A stretch of DNA of 64,000 bases from a bacterium (GTDB taxonomy: Bacteria; Electryoneota; Electryoneia; Electryoneales; Electryoneaceae): assembly GCA_963675295.2 (NCBI GenBank), contig CAXXKJ010000002.1, forward strand, positions 1,216,001-1,280,000, in the 5' to 3' direction. A program made the translations under genes and the position numbers. Shown in pieces: positions 19,548-29,793 of this stretch (its first letter is position 1; the number at the start of each line of letters is the position of its first letter). The notes below the pieces were generated by a model. The model saw only the letters and a list, made by a program, of their open reading frames with translations, had not been told where the DNA came from and did no database searches.

Positions 19548-20198
19548 ATGAACAGCCGACAGAACATCATTCCGTTGTTTCCCCTGGAAAAGGTGCTGTA
19601 TCCCGGCATGGCGATGCCGTTGCACATTTTCGAGGAACGCTACAAGGAGCTGATCAACCTCTGTGTCAGCGAACGACGCAGCTTTGGCATTCTGCACGGG
19701 CTCGATGTGCAGCAGCCGGTGATCGGCACCACAGCCCGTGTTGAAAAGGTCTTAAACCGGTATGATGACGGCCGGATGGACATCCTCGTGGTTGGCGAGG
19801 AACGGTTCGAAGTCCGTCAGGTGTTCAAGTACAAAGCCTATCTCGAGGCAGAAGTCAGTTACTTTGACGATGCCCCCTCAGTCAAACCTGAAACCACGCA
19901 ATTGGGTGAACTCGTCCGCCTGTATAAGCTTTACATTAAGCGACTGGATCTGGAGAGCGAGAACCAGGTGAAGCTCGACGACCTGATGGAAGAGGTGGAA
20001 CAGGAACGGGAACTGTCGTACATCATCGGCCAGACGATTGGTTTGGATCTGCGCCGCCAGCAGGAGTTGCTGGAGAAGACAGAGCCCATGGCGCGAGTCA
20101 AGCTGTTGACCGCCATTTTGCACCGTCATGATGTGGTGTATGGATTGGCACGCCGTCTGTTCGAAGGCCAGGAAGAGTTCGACCCAACGATGAACTGA
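19548..20198 (+). CDS. LON peptidase substrate-binding domain protein
   Basis: IPLFPL..VLYPG..MPLHIFEERY, DGRMDILVVGEERF, RQQELLE. Confidence 0.9.
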   Translation: MNSRQNIIPLFPLEKVLYPGMAMPLHIFEERYKELINLCVSERRSFGILHGLDVQQPVIGTTARVEKVLNRYDDGRMDILVVGEERFEVRQVFKYKAYLEAEVSYFDDAPSVKPETTQLGELVRLYKLYIKRLDLESENQVKLDDLMEEVEQERELSYIIGQTIGLDLRRQQELLEKTEPMARVKLLTAILHRHDVVYGLARRLFEGQEEFDPTMN

Positions 20199-20202
20199 GG
20201 AC

Positions 20203-21459
20203 ATGTCCCAGACAACCCGCCGTACCCTGCTGACGAACGCCGGCTGGATCGCTACTCCGGACGCTCCCGGCGATGGCCAGGCTCTGTACACGATCACCCG
20301 TCCCGACGCTGATTCCGTGCTGCTCGAAGGAGAACGTATCGCCTGGATCGGCAAGCGGGCGGACTGTCCGCATGATCCCGACGAAACTCTTGATCTCGGT
20401 GGCAAGGGCCTGACGCCGGGCCTGATCGACTTCCACGCGCACCCTGTTTTTGCCGCAACCCGCGAGGCGGAGTTTGACCTCCGTACTCGTGGCGCATCGT
20501 ACACCGAAATCGCCGCCGCCGGTGGCGGGATTCTGAACTCGGTGAAACGGGTCGGGGAAGCGTCCGAGGAAGAATTGGCCGCGTTTTCCCGGCCAAACCT
20601 CGATCGCGCCCTGGCGCACGGTACCACCACACTCGAGGCGAAAAGCGGCTATGGACTGAGCACCGAAAACGAGCTCAAGCTGCTGCGAACGGTGCGGACG
20701 CTGGACGAAACCCACCCGCTCGACCTGATCCCGACGTTTCTCGGCGCGCACGAGTACCCTCTCGAATACAAGCAGGATCACGAGGGCTACATCCGCATCC
20801 TGACCGAAGAGATGATCCCGGCGGTGAGTGAACAGGGCTTGGCGCACGCGGCCGACATTTTCATCGAAACCGGTGTGTTCAGCGTGGAGGAGGGACGGCG
20901 CATCCTCTCTGCGGCGAAGGAACACGGTCTTCAGGTAAAAGTACACGCCGATCAACTCAGCCCGTTGGGCGGCACGAAGCTCGCTGTCGAACTGGACGCG
21001 CTTTCCGCCGACCACATCGAGTTCATCGACGACGAAGCGGTCGAGATGCTGGCGGGGTCGAACACCGTCGCGGGTCTGTTACCGGTGGCGGCGCATTTCC
21101 TGCGGATGCAGGAAGATCCACCGGTGCGCAAGATGATCGACAAGGGCGTCGTCTGCGCCCTGGCGACGGATTTCAACCCGGGTAGCGCGATGAGTCAGAG
21201 CATGGCGATGGCGCTGCACCTGGCGGTGATCCGGTTTCGGGTGAGTGCGGAAGAGGCGTTGTGGATGGCGACCGCCGGTTCCGCGCGGGCGTTGCGGATG
21301 ACGGACCGTGGCGCGATCGCGCCGGGCCTGTTGGCGGACCTGGTCGCCTGGGATGCCGCCGCGCCGGAAATTTTGCCCTACCATTTCGGTGTCAACCTCG
21401 CGTCGCTGGTGATCAAGCGCGGGCAGGTTGTCGCCCGTGACGGCGTGGCTGAACGGTGA
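20203..21459 (+). CDS. hutI: Imidazolonepropionase
   Basis: PGLIDFHAHPVF, GGGILNSV, EAKSGYGL, PTFLGAH, HADQL, SADH, ATDFNPG. Confidence 0.95.
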   Translation: MSQTTRRTLLTNAGWIATPDAPGDGQALYTITRPDADSVLLEGERIAWIGKRADCPHDPDETLDLGGKGLTPGLIDFHAHPVFAATREAEFDLRTRGASYTEIAAAGGGILNSVKRVGEASEEELAAFSRPNLDRALAHGTTTLEAKSGYGLSTENELKLLRTVRTLDETHPLDLIPTFLGAHEYPLEYKQDHEGYIRILTEEMIPAVSEQGLAHAADIFIETGVFSVEEGRRILSAAKEHGLQVKVHADQLSPLGGTKLAVELDALSADHIEFIDDEAVEMLAGSNTVAGLLPVAAHFLRMQEDPPVRKMIDKGVVCALATDFNPGSAMSQSMAMALHLAVIRFRVSAEEALWMATAGSARALRMTDRGAIAPGLLADLVAWDAAAPEILPYHFGVNLASLVIKRGQVVARDGVAER

Positions 21460-22238
21460 TTTACCTCGGTACATCCGGCTACCATTTCCTCGATTGGGCC
21501 GGCCCGTTCTATCCGCCGGACCTGCCGAAGGAGCAATGGCTGCAGTATTATGCACGGCACTTCTCTGTGCTCGAGGTCAACACCACGTATTACGGGTTGC
21601 CGAAATTGGAAACGGTAGCGGGGTGGGCGGATCGCACGCCGGACGGGTTCCAGTTTATCGTCAAGGTGCACAAGGAGACGACGCACGAGCGCAAGAATGA
21701 GGCGCGCGAACTGGCGAACCTGTTGTCACTGCTGGAGCCGTTGCGAGCCTCGGGAAAACTCTCGGGACTTTTAGCCCAATTTCCGGCCTCCTTTCATGCA
21801 ACGGCACAAAATGAGTATTATCTTTATAAACTTACGGAACACTCTCATGAGATTCCGGTATTTGTTGAATTTCGTCATGCCGGTTGGGATACCGACCGTG
21901 CGGTCGAGCTTGTGAAGGAATTGAAGCTGGGTTGGGTCGCGGTGGATTTACCGCGCATTCGTTCCCTGCCGAGCGCTCGCCCCGCCGTAACGTCAGACCG
22001 GGGGTATGTGCGGCTGCATGGCCGCAATTCGAAGACGTGGTACAATCCGGAAGCCGGAGATCGGTACGCCTGGGATTATTCTGAGCGGGAACTGCGGGAA
22101 TGGGTTCCGCGGATTCAGGCGTTGGAAAGCCGTGCCGAACTGTCGTATCTCTTCTTCAACAACTGTCACATGGGCTGGGCCGTGAAAAACGCACTATTGA
22201 TGAAGGACATTCTTCAACGGCAGTTCGAGGTCGCGTAA
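21456..22238 (+). CDS. DUF72 family protein
   Basis: GTSG, EVNTTYY, LAQFPASF, EFRH, YVRLHGRN, FFNN. Confidence 0.92.
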   Translation: MIYLGTSGYHFLDWAGPFYPPDLPKEQWLQYYARHFSVLEVNTTYYGLPKLETVAGWADRTPDGFQFIVKVHKETTHERKNEARELANLLSLLEPLRASGKLSGLLAQFPASFHATAQNEYYLYKLTEHSHEIPVFVEFRHAGWDTDRAVELVKELKLGWVAVDLPRIRSLPSARPAVTSDRGYVRLHGRNSKTWYNPEAGDRYAWDYSERELREWVPRIQALESRAELSYLFFNNCHMGWAVKNALLMKDILQRQFEVA

Positions 22239-23903
22239 ATGCCAGATTCATCCACGCCAGAGTATCTCTCCCCGTTTGAAGCGTTGGAAACCGCCTGGAT
22301 GGCGGAAAACGCGGACGAATGGGAGTACCGCGGCCTGATGCTGCAAACCCTCACCGGTTTCCTGCACTCGGTGTTCGAGGCGGTGAAGGGGACTGACCTG
22401 CAGCATGGTCTGGCGTTCCTGCCGTCGGACCTGGCGGAAGAGGTGAACTGGTGGCCGGTGGATCGTTCCGACGAGATCATCACGTGGGATGCCGGCGAGA
22501 AGAAATGGTCGGTACTGCCGTCCCCGGCGGATGATCCGTGCCTGATGCACGGCGAGTTCTGGATGCTGTGGGTAGGCAAACGTGGCACCGGAATGGTGCT
22601 GGCCCGGCGTGATCAGCCGGCGAACCCGAAGCGCCCGCTCGGGTTGGATATCTGGCACCTGCGCATCTGCTGGTCGCCGTTACCGATTACCGACGCGCTC
22701 GACCCGTTCCGCAGTTGCTTCACCGTCGAGCACCCGGTCATCGCGCGGCTGAACAAGCTGGAGCGCGACATCCCGATCGAATACGGTCCGGAAGCGGAAG
22801 TGATGATTGCCCGGTTGCAGGCTGCGTTGCAGATGGCCGGACACATGGATCCGCAGGGCCGGACGAACACCTCCGAGTACCAGTGGACCGAAATCTTCAA
22901 CAACATTCAGCTCGAAGTCGCGTGGCACCTGTACAGCGACCGGCTGCTGCCCGCGGTCGGACGTGCGCTGCATCGTGGACTCGGGTATGATTTCATCGAC
23001 GTGCACATTTTCAACCGGCTCGGCAGCCGGTTCGAGGAATTCCTCTCGTGGCATGAGAATCTTACCGGTTACGGCAAGGACCTTAACATCTTCATCGACA
23101 AGAATGCGGTGAAGCGTCTGCTCGAGGTCGGGCGTCCGCGCATCATCCAGATGAGCAAGACGCAGGGTGTGCTCAACCCGCATCTCGCGGAGCTGGCTGG
23201 TTTGCAGGAAGGTCTGCTCATTCCCCTCGTGCATGAGAAGAAGGTGCAGGGGATGATCGCAATGTATTACACCCGTCCGAGCGGCTTCCAGGAAGCCGAC
23301 CTCGAACGCATTGGCCGGATCGGTGAAATCATCGCGCGCAGCATTGAGAACAGCAACGCGCACGAAGACATGCGGCTGATGGCCAGTGTGGACGCGTTGA
23401 CTGGTCTCTCCAACCGCCGCAGCTTCAACGAAGTGATCGAGAAGGAATCTCACCGTTCCTTGCGTTATCGCCTGCCGCTGTCGCTGATCCTGATCGACAT
23501 CGACTTTTTCAAGGCGTACAACGATACCAACGGTCACCTCAAGGGTGACTATCTGTTGCGTGACTTCGCCGCCATCTTGCGCAAGATGGTTCGTGAGGAA
23601 GATACCGTGGCGCGGTACGGGGGCGAGGAATTCGCCATCATCCTGCCACACACCACCGCGGACAACGCCTACGCCGCCGCTGAGAAGATTCGCCGCCGGG
23701 TGGAGGAGACGGAATTCCAGGACATGGATTCCCAGCCGAGTGGCCGAATTACGATCAGTCTCGGTGTTGCTGATACGGACGGCAGCATTGAGGATTATCA
23801 GGAATTGATCGAGATGGCGGACAAGGCGCTGTATCGTGCAAAGGAAACGGGCCGCAATCGCAGTGTGATGTACTCACCTGAACTTGCTTCTCAAAGCGCT
23901 TAA
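22239..23903 (+). CDS. Diguanylate cyclase (DICT-like N-terminus, GAF, GGEEF)
   Basis: DALTGLSNRR, DIDFFKAYND, I-site REED, RYGGEEF; preceding GAF; N-terminus resembles DICT (EFWMLWV...LARR). Confidence 0.9.
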   Translation: MPDSSTPEYLSPFEALETAWMAENADEWEYRGLMLQTLTGFLHSVFEAVKGTDLQHGLAFLPSDLAEEVNWWPVDRSDEIITWDAGEKKWSVLPSPADDPCLMHGEFWMLWVGKRGTGMVLARRDQPANPKRPLGLDIWHLRICWSPLPITDALDPFRSCFTVEHPVIARLNKLERDIPIEYGPEAEVMIARLQAALQMAGHMDPQGRTNTSEYQWTEIFNNIQLEVAWHLYSDRLLPAVGRALHRGLGYDFIDVHIFNRLGSRFEEFLSWHENLTGYGKDLNIFIDKNAVKRLLEVGRPRIIQMSKTQGVLNPHLAELAGLQEGLLIPLVHEKKVQGMIAMYYTRPSGFQEADLERIGRIGEIIARSIENSNAHEDMRLMASVDALTGLSNRRSFNEVIEKESHRSLRYRLPLSLILIDIDFFKAYNDTNGHLKGDYLLRDFAAILRKMVREEDTVARYGGEEFAIILPHTTADNAYAAAEKIRRRVEETEFQDMDSQPSGRITISLGVADTDGSIEDYQELIEMADKALYRAKETGRNRSVMYSPELASQSA

Positions 23904-23974
23904 TCGTATTTTTACTTCGTTTCCGTATTCTGCTCAGTTCCCCACGACGGTTCGTTCCGGAGGCTAACCAGCCC

Positions 23975-25453
23975 ATGTCCCAGTTCAATGTCCTCTATCT
24001 GACAAGTGAACTCTACCCCATGGCCAAAGTCGGTGGTTTGGCTGATGTTGCCGGATCTCTACCCAAGGTGTTGAAGGATCTTGAGCACGACGTGCGGGTG
24101 TTCATTCCGAAGTATCGGATCATCCGTGACCGCAAGTACAACCTGCGAGAAGTAATCCGTCTGCGTGACATCGAAGTACCGATGGGTAACGAGACGGTGA
24201 TCGTGTCGGTCAAATCCGGTTTCGTTCCCGACTCCAAGGTGCAGGCATATTTCCTCGAGTATAAACCGTATTACGACCGGGAAGCGATCTACGTTGATCC
24301 GAAGACCGGCAAGGGTTTCGAGGATGACGCGTTTCGCTTCGCCCTGTTCGCGAAGGCGGCGCTCGAGATGCTGAAAGTATTGTACTGGCAACCGGATCTG
24401 GTGCATGTCAATGACTGGCCGAGCGCTTTGGTACCGTACTACCTGAAGAACGACTACAAGGACGATGAGTTCTTCCAGAAGACACACAGCCTGCTGACGA
24501 TTCATAACCTGGCGTATCAGGGTGAGTTTCCGGCGAAGGTAGCCAAGCAGGTGTTTGGCAAGGGCGTCGCGTTTGATGAGAACCACCCGGCGTGGCATAA
24601 CGGCAAGGTCAATTTCCTCAAGGCCGGCCTGCAGACGTCGGACCTGATCACCACCGTTTCGCCGACCTACGCCAACGAGATTCTCACGCCGGAGATGGGC
24701 GCGGGCCTGGATCCGGTTCTTATTGAGAAGAAAGATCGGTTGTTCGGTGTGCTCAACGGGATCGACGAAAACGTCTGGGATCCGGAAACGGACAAGGAAC
24801 TGGCGAAGAACTATTCCATCGAGGAGCCGGAAGACAAGGCGGTCTGTCGCGAAGCGCTGATGGAGGAGTTCGAGCTCGAGAATCCTGACAACATGCTGAT
24901 TGGGGTGATAGCCCGGATGGCGTGGCAGAAGGGATTCGACCTGATTGTCGACACGTTTGAGAAATTCATGGATCTTCCGTTGAATTTCGTCATCCTTGGC
25001 GGTGGTGAAAAGGACCTGGAGAAGCAGGTTTCCGAACTGGTTAAGACGTATCCGGGCCGGCTCGGGGTGAAGATCGGCCATGATGAACCATTGTCACACC
25101 GCATTGAGGCGGGTGCGGACGCGTTCCTGATGCCGTCGAAGTACGAGCCGTGCGGCCTGAACCAGATGTACAGCCTGCGTTACGGGACGGTGCCGATTGT
25201 GCACGCGACCGGCGGCCTGAACGATACGGTGCAGGAATACGAAGGCGACGGCAAGGGTAACGGCTTCCGCTTCGAGGAGTTCAGCGCGGAGGCGATGGTT
25301 GCGGCGGTCGAGCGTGCGGTGAAGCTGTTTGCCGATAAGGCTGCCTGGAAAAAGTTAATTCTGACCGGCATGAAGCAGGACTTCAGTTGGACCGCCTCGG
25401 CGAAGCACCTGATCAAGGTGTACAAGGAAGCGAAAGCGTTAGAAGTCGCCTGA
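23975..25453 (+). CDS. glgA: Glycogen synthase
   Basis: KVGGLADV, HVNDW, TIHNLAYQG, QKGFDL, PSKYEPCGLNQMY. Confidence 0.96.
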   Translation: MSQFNVLYLTSELYPMAKVGGLADVAGSLPKVLKDLEHDVRVFIPKYRIIRDRKYNLREVIRLRDIEVPMGNETVIVSVKSGFVPDSKVQAYFLEYKPYYDREAIYVDPKTGKGFEDDAFRFALFAKAALEMLKVLYWQPDLVHVNDWPSALVPYYLKNDYKDDEFFQKTHSLLTIHNLAYQGEFPAKVAKQVFGKGVAFDENHPAWHNGKVNFLKAGLQTSDLITTVSPTYANEILTPEMGAGLDPVLIEKKDRLFGVLNGIDENVWDPETDKELAKNYSIEEPEDKAVCREALMEEFELENPDNMLIGVIARMAWQKGFDLIVDTFEKFMDLPLNFVILGGGEKDLEKQVSELVKTYPGRLGVKIGHDEPLSHRIEAGADAFLMPSKYEPCGLNQMYSLRYGTVPIVHATGGLNDTVQEYEGDGKGNGFRFEEFSAEAMVAAVERAVKLFADKAAWKKLILTGMKQDFSWTASAKHLIKVYKEAKALEVA

Positions 25454-25655
25454 TTGTTAGCATTTGATAGTTACGTTTTCCGGGCTGGTTCTCATGGGGA
25501 CACGGCCCGTTCCTCTCTCCAGTCGCTTCGTTCTCACCGTATATTCCGGCAACGAAACGATTCGGTGCCGGGCTTTTGGCTCATCCCGACCGGCAAGCAG
25601 GCCGGGTGATACACGAAAGCTTGACCAACCAGCATCAAGTGTCAGGAGGGGAACG

Positions 25656-25874
25656 ATGGGATTGCATACATCGGGTGAAGTAATGGCTGCCGCGCGGGAG
25701 CAGGGCGTGATCGAGGAACGGTTGCCGGAGTTTGTCCGCCGCTTCCACATGAAGCTGCAGTACATGGGGCCGGACGCCGCGTTTAAGCAGTGCCTGCTTG
25801 AAGACAAGAACATCACCTACGGCAACCACTACGGCCAGATTCCGCCGCGCCAGGTGCTCGGTTCCGGCGCTTGA
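25656..25874 (+). CDS. Small hypothetical protein (72 aa)
   Basis: Strong RBS AGGAGG before ATG 25656; codon usage like the neighbouring genes; followed by a hairpin terminator. Confidence 0.6.
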   Translation: MGLHTSGEVMAAAREQGVIEERLPEFVRRFHMKLQYMGPDAAFKQCLLEDKNITYGNHYGQIPPRQVLGSGA

Positions 25875-25893
25875 GTTGTGCGCGAGATTGGAT

Positions 25894-25934
25894 AAGAAAA
25901 CACCCGAACCGCTGTGGTCCGGGTGTTTGTGTTT
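25894..25934. terminator. Bidirectional terminator between convergent genes
   Basis: AAAACACCCGAACC..GGTCCGGGTGTTT. Confidence 0.6.
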
Positions 25935-25949
25935 TCGCTTGGTCGAAGG

Positions 25950-26276
25950 CTAAACCACCCACGACGCCCCGTCGTAGTGGCTGACGTCGAACCGTTGGCC
26001 CAGGTCGCCACGCGGATCGCCCCAGTAGTCAGTCACCTCCTCGACGACGGACCAGCGTGGTCCCCGGCGCAGCATGGCGAGCACGTCCCGCAGTTCGTCC
26101 TCCGGGCCTTCGGCGATGACCTCCACGCGGCCATCGTACAGGTTGCGCACCCGTCCCACCACATGCGGACTCAGCCGTTGCACCTCGGTCAGCACATGGT
26201 AGCGGAACCCGACACCCTGCACCCGTCCCGATACAAATGCGTGCAGCCGCTTCGGTTTGTTTTGCTCAAGGCTCAC
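25950..26276 (-). CDS. acyP: Acylphosphatase
   Basis: VSGRVQGVGFR, GRVRNLYDGRVEVIAEG. Confidence 0.93.
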   Translation of the reverse strand: MSLEQNKPKRLHAFVSGRVQGVGFRYHVLTEVQRLSPHVVGRVRNLYDGRVEVIAEGPEDELRDVLAMLRRGPRWSVVEEVTDYWGDPRGDLGQRFDVSHYDGASWVV

Positions 26277-26299
26277 AGCTCACAACTCATAGCTGTTTT

Positions 26300-27616
26300 T
26301 CAGGGCTTCATCCGGTACATCATCCGCGGGAACGGGATGCATTCACGCAGGTGGTCGCGTCCGGCGATCCACTTGACGGTCCGTTCGAGGCCGAGTCCGA
26401 AGCCGGCGTGCGGCACGCTGCCGTAGCGGCGCAGGTCGAGGTACCATTCAAACGGTTCCATCGGCAAGTCGTGTTCCTTGATCCGAGAGACGAGCTTTTC
26501 GTAATCGTCCTCACGCACCGATCCGCCGATCAACTCGCCGGCATCCTCGGGGCCGATCATGTCAAAGCCGAGGACACGATCCGGTTCGTTTTCGTCCCGC
26601 TTCATGTAGAACGCCTTGAACTCGGCCGGGAAGTGCGTCACCATGATCGGACTGCTACTGTTCTCGGTGAGGATCGACTCGTGCCGCGCACCGAAGTCCT
26701 CGCCATGCGTGAACGGCGCGCCTTCCTCCTCCGGATGCTCAGCGGCGTACTTGAGCAGGATGTCGGCGGCCTTGTCGTAATGTATCCGTGGGAACGGACG
26801 CTTGACCGCTTCGAGCTTGCTGATGTCGCGTTCGAGGTCTTCCAGCTCGGGCCGGCGTTTCTCCAGCACTCGCTCGAGGATGTACATCGTCATATCCTCG
26901 GCGAGTTGCATGTCACCGTCGAGATCGAGGTACGCCACTTCCGGTTCCATCATCCAGAACTCGGTCAGGTGACGCCGCGTCTTGGATTTCTCCGCACGGA
27001 AGGTTGGGCCGAAGGTGTAGATCCGTCCGTGCGCCATCGCCCCGGCCTCGCCGTACAGCTGGCCGGACTGCGACAGGTAGGCGGAGGTATCGAAATAGCT
27101 CACCTCGAACAGGTCCGTCGTCCCTTCGACGGCGTTCGGGGTAAACATCGGCGTATCAAACAGCAGGAAGCCGCGGTTGTTGAAGAAGTCGCGGATCGCC
27201 CAGATGATTTCGTGACGAATGCGCAGCACGGCGTGCTGCTTCTTCGACCGCAGCCACAGGTGGCGGTTGTCGAGCAGGAACGCGTCGCCGTGTTCCTTCG
27301 GCGAGATCGGATAGTCGACCGACTCGCCGACCAGTTCGACGGCCTTGGCGACGATTTCGTGTCCACCCGGCGCGCGCTCGTCAGCGTTCACCGTGCCCCG
27401 CACCTTCAGCGAACACTCCTGCGTCATCCCCTTGGCGAGTTCGAACACCTCTTCGCCGAGGTCGCTTTTGGCGACGATACATTGCACGATCCCGCTGCCA
27501 TCGCGCACCTGCAGAAAACGTAACTTGTTGTTGCCGCGCTGGATGTACAGCCAGCCAGCGATTTCAACGTCTTCACCCACATGACGTGACAGATCTTCCA
27601 CGTACACGCGCATCAT
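26300..27616 (-). CDS. asnS: Asparagine--tRNA ligase
   Basis: OB-fold RDGSG; RHLWLR; LSQSGQLY; FRAEKSKTRRHLTEFWM; PHAGFGLGLER. Confidence 0.96.
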   Translation of the reverse strand: MMRVYVEDLSRHVGEDVEIAGWLYIQRGNNKLRFLQVRDGSGIVQCIVAKSDLGEEVFELAKGMTQECSLKVRGTVNADERAPGGHEIVAKAVELVGESVDYPISPKEHGDAFLLDNRHLWLRSKKQHAVLRIRHEIIWAIRDFFNNRGFLLFDTPMFTPNAVEGTTDLFEVSYFDTSAYLSQSGQLYGEAGAMAHGRIYTFGPTFRAEKSKTRRHLTEFWMMEPEVAYLDLDGDMQLAEDMTMYILERVLEKRRPELEDLERDISKLEAVKRPFPRIHYDKAADILLKYAAEHPEEEGAPFTHGEDFGARHESILTENSSSPIMVTHFPAEFKAFYMKRDENEPDRVLGFDMIGPEDAGELIGGSVREDDYEKLVSRIKEHDLPMEPFEWYLDLRRYGSVPHAGFGLGLERTVKWIAGRDHLRECIPFPRMMYRMKP

Positions 27617-28623
27617 AAGTGCTGCTCCACTTTCAACGAGCGGGTCATCAGTTCGACGACCGCGGTTTTGGCTTCCAGTCCTTCGAAAAGGATCTCATTT
27701 ACCTTATGGACAATCGGGAGTTCGACTCCCAGCTTCTGGCCCAGGTTGTACCCGGCGCGGGTGGTGGTGACACCTTCCGCAACCATGGTCATGTTCTTCA
27801 GGATGTCGTCCAGCGTGCGGCCCTTGCCGAGCTGCTCGCCGACGAAACGGTTTCGGCTGTGCCGGGACGTACACGTGGTAATCATGTCACCCATGCCGGA
27901 CAATCCGGCGAAGGTTTCCCGCTGTCCGCCGAGCGCGACACCGAGCCGGGTGATCTCGTGCAGCCCTCGTGTCATCAACGCGCCGCGCGTGTTGTCACCG
28001 AAGCCGAGACCGTCACACATCCCGGTCGCCAGCGCGATAATGTTCTTCAACGCACCGCCGAGTTCAACACCGACGAGATCATCGCCGGCGTACACGCGGA
28101 AGGTCGGGCAGCTCATCCAATGCTGCACCTTCTCCGCCAGTGCGAGGCTCGGCCCGGCGGTGACCACCGTCGTTGGAATCCCGCGCGACACCTCTTCCGC
28201 GTGACTCGGTCCTGACAGAACCAGGTACCGCTCGAGCACCTCTTCGCCGAGGATCTCCGCCGTGACTTCCGACATCCTCAGCAGTGTGCCTTCCTCGATG
28301 CCCTTCGCCGCGCCGATGATCGTCGTGTTGCGAATCTGATCCGGGTTGATCTGCTTCAACACCTGTCGTACAACCTGCGCCGGCACAACCATTAGCATCA
28401 CTTCGGCCTCGTCCACCGCTTCCGACAAGTCGGACGTGACTTCGAGCGCGTCCGGGAACGGTGGGCCGGGCAGAAATTCCCGGTTTTCCCGGTCCTTCTG
28501 CAACTGCAGGGCGGCGTCCGGCCGGAATTCCCACAGACGGACACGATGCTCACTCTGTTCCGCCAGCATGATCGCCAGCGCGGTACCCCAACTACCGGCC
28601 CCGAGAATACTGAAATTCGCCAT
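27613..28623 (-). CDS. gpsA: NAD(P)H-dependent glycerol-3-phosphate dehydrogenase
   Basis: GAGSWGTALA, KGIE, SGPSHA, GGALKN, GLSGMGD..TC.S.HSRN. Confidence 0.96.
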   Translation of the reverse strand: MANFSILGAGSWGTALAIMLAEQSEHRVRLWEFRPDAALQLQKDRENREFLPGPPFPDALEVTSDLSEAVDEAEVMLMVVPAQVVRQVLKQINPDQIRNTTIIGAAKGIEEGTLLRMSEVTAEILGEEVLERYLVLSGPSHAEEVSRGIPTTVVTAGPSLALAEKVQHWMSCPTFRVYAGDDLVGVELGGALKNIIALATGMCDGLGFGDNTRGALMTRGLHEITRLGVALGGQRETFAGLSGMGDMITTCTSRHSRNRFVGEQLGKGRTLDDILKNMTMVAEGVTTTRAGYNLGQKLGVELPIVHKVNEILFEGLEAKTAVVELMTRSLKVEQHL

Positions 28624-28626
28624 CGT

Positions 28627-29283
28627 CTATCCGTCCTCGTTCGATCCGTCCGCCACGTGCATCGGCAATTCCTCCCGGCGGAGGATACGCATGATGTTTC
28701 GCCGATGTGTCAGCGCCAGTAGTAACGGAACCGTCATGCCCCAAACCAGCGACTGCGGATCCATGTTTCCTTCCCGGAAGTACAACAGCACCGGGAAGAC
28801 CACCGCCGCGGCCAGCGTTCCTGCGGAAAAGCGCTTCCACAGATACAAGGCACCACCGTAGACCAGCAGCGCCAGCGTTGTCGCCTGCGGTGCGAGGGCA
28901 AACATCGCACCCAGCCCGGTCGCCGCGCCCTTGCCACCCTTGAACTTGAGGAACGGGCTGAACACGTGCCCGGCAAACGCCGCCAGTGCAATCCACCCCA
29001 TCACCGCGATTTCGTTCTGCGCGAAATACGGGTTGGTCATAGATCCGGCCACCCGTTTGATCAACCAGACCGGAAAGTACCCCTTGAACACGTCGATCAG
29101 CAGCGTCGCAGTGGCCCATTGCGCACCGAGGATACGGTACACGTTGGACGCGCCCGGATTGCCGCTGCCGTGCTCCAGGATATTGATGCCTTTCACCCTG
29201 CGGGCCACGATCACCGCCGTGGGCAGCGCGCCGGAGAAGTAGGCCGCCAACATGGCAAAAAGCAAGAGGGTGATGGATTCCAC
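28627..29283 (-). CDS. plsY: Glycerol-3-phosphate 1-O-acyltransferase PlsY
   Basis: GSGNPGASN, DVFKG, GHVFSPFLKFKGGKGAAT, HRRNI; GTG start after GGAGG. Confidence 0.93.
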   Translation of the reverse strand: MESITLLLFAMLAAYFSGALPTAVIVARRVKGINILEHGSGNPGASNVYRILGAQWATATLLIDVFKGYFPVWLIKRVAGSMTNPYFAQNEIAVMGWIALAAFAGHVFSPFLKFKGGKGAATGLGAMFALAPQATTLALLVYGGALYLWKRFSAGTLAAAVVFPVLLYFREGNMDPQSLVWGMTVPLLLALTHRRNIMRILRREELPMHVADGSNEDG

Positions 29284-29793
29284 GAGTACTCCTCCGCAAA
29301 GATGATCCAATGTACGCAGGGAGTGCCCGAATCGGAGGGCTGCCGAGGGGTGAAACGATCCTCCAGAATCACCCCGCTTTCACCTCACGGAGGTGTACAA
29401 AGTGGGTGAAGAGCCCATCGAAAAAACTGGCGAAGAGTTATTGAAGCAGACGGATACACGAAGAACAGCCCCGGAATCAATTTCCGAATTCTTATAAATA
29501 GTCTCAAAGTGTAGTGGGTCTGATATAAGAATGAGACGGTTTATAATATACTGATAATACTATGTTTAGAGTTAACTCAATTTGGAGTTTCGGCGAAGAG
29601 AGCCATGAGAGCCCCTCTCGGCGTTGGGTTTTGCAAAAGTTATAATTCTGATGCAATTTATATCCACTTGTTGTAACGTGTTGTAGCGCATAGGGGACAG
29701 TACTTCGATTTACAGTTTTTGGACGGCAGGGTCAGTGCGACGTGCCGCAGCAGCCATTTATGATCTGGCACTCAGGGGATTCTGGCGGAAGCG

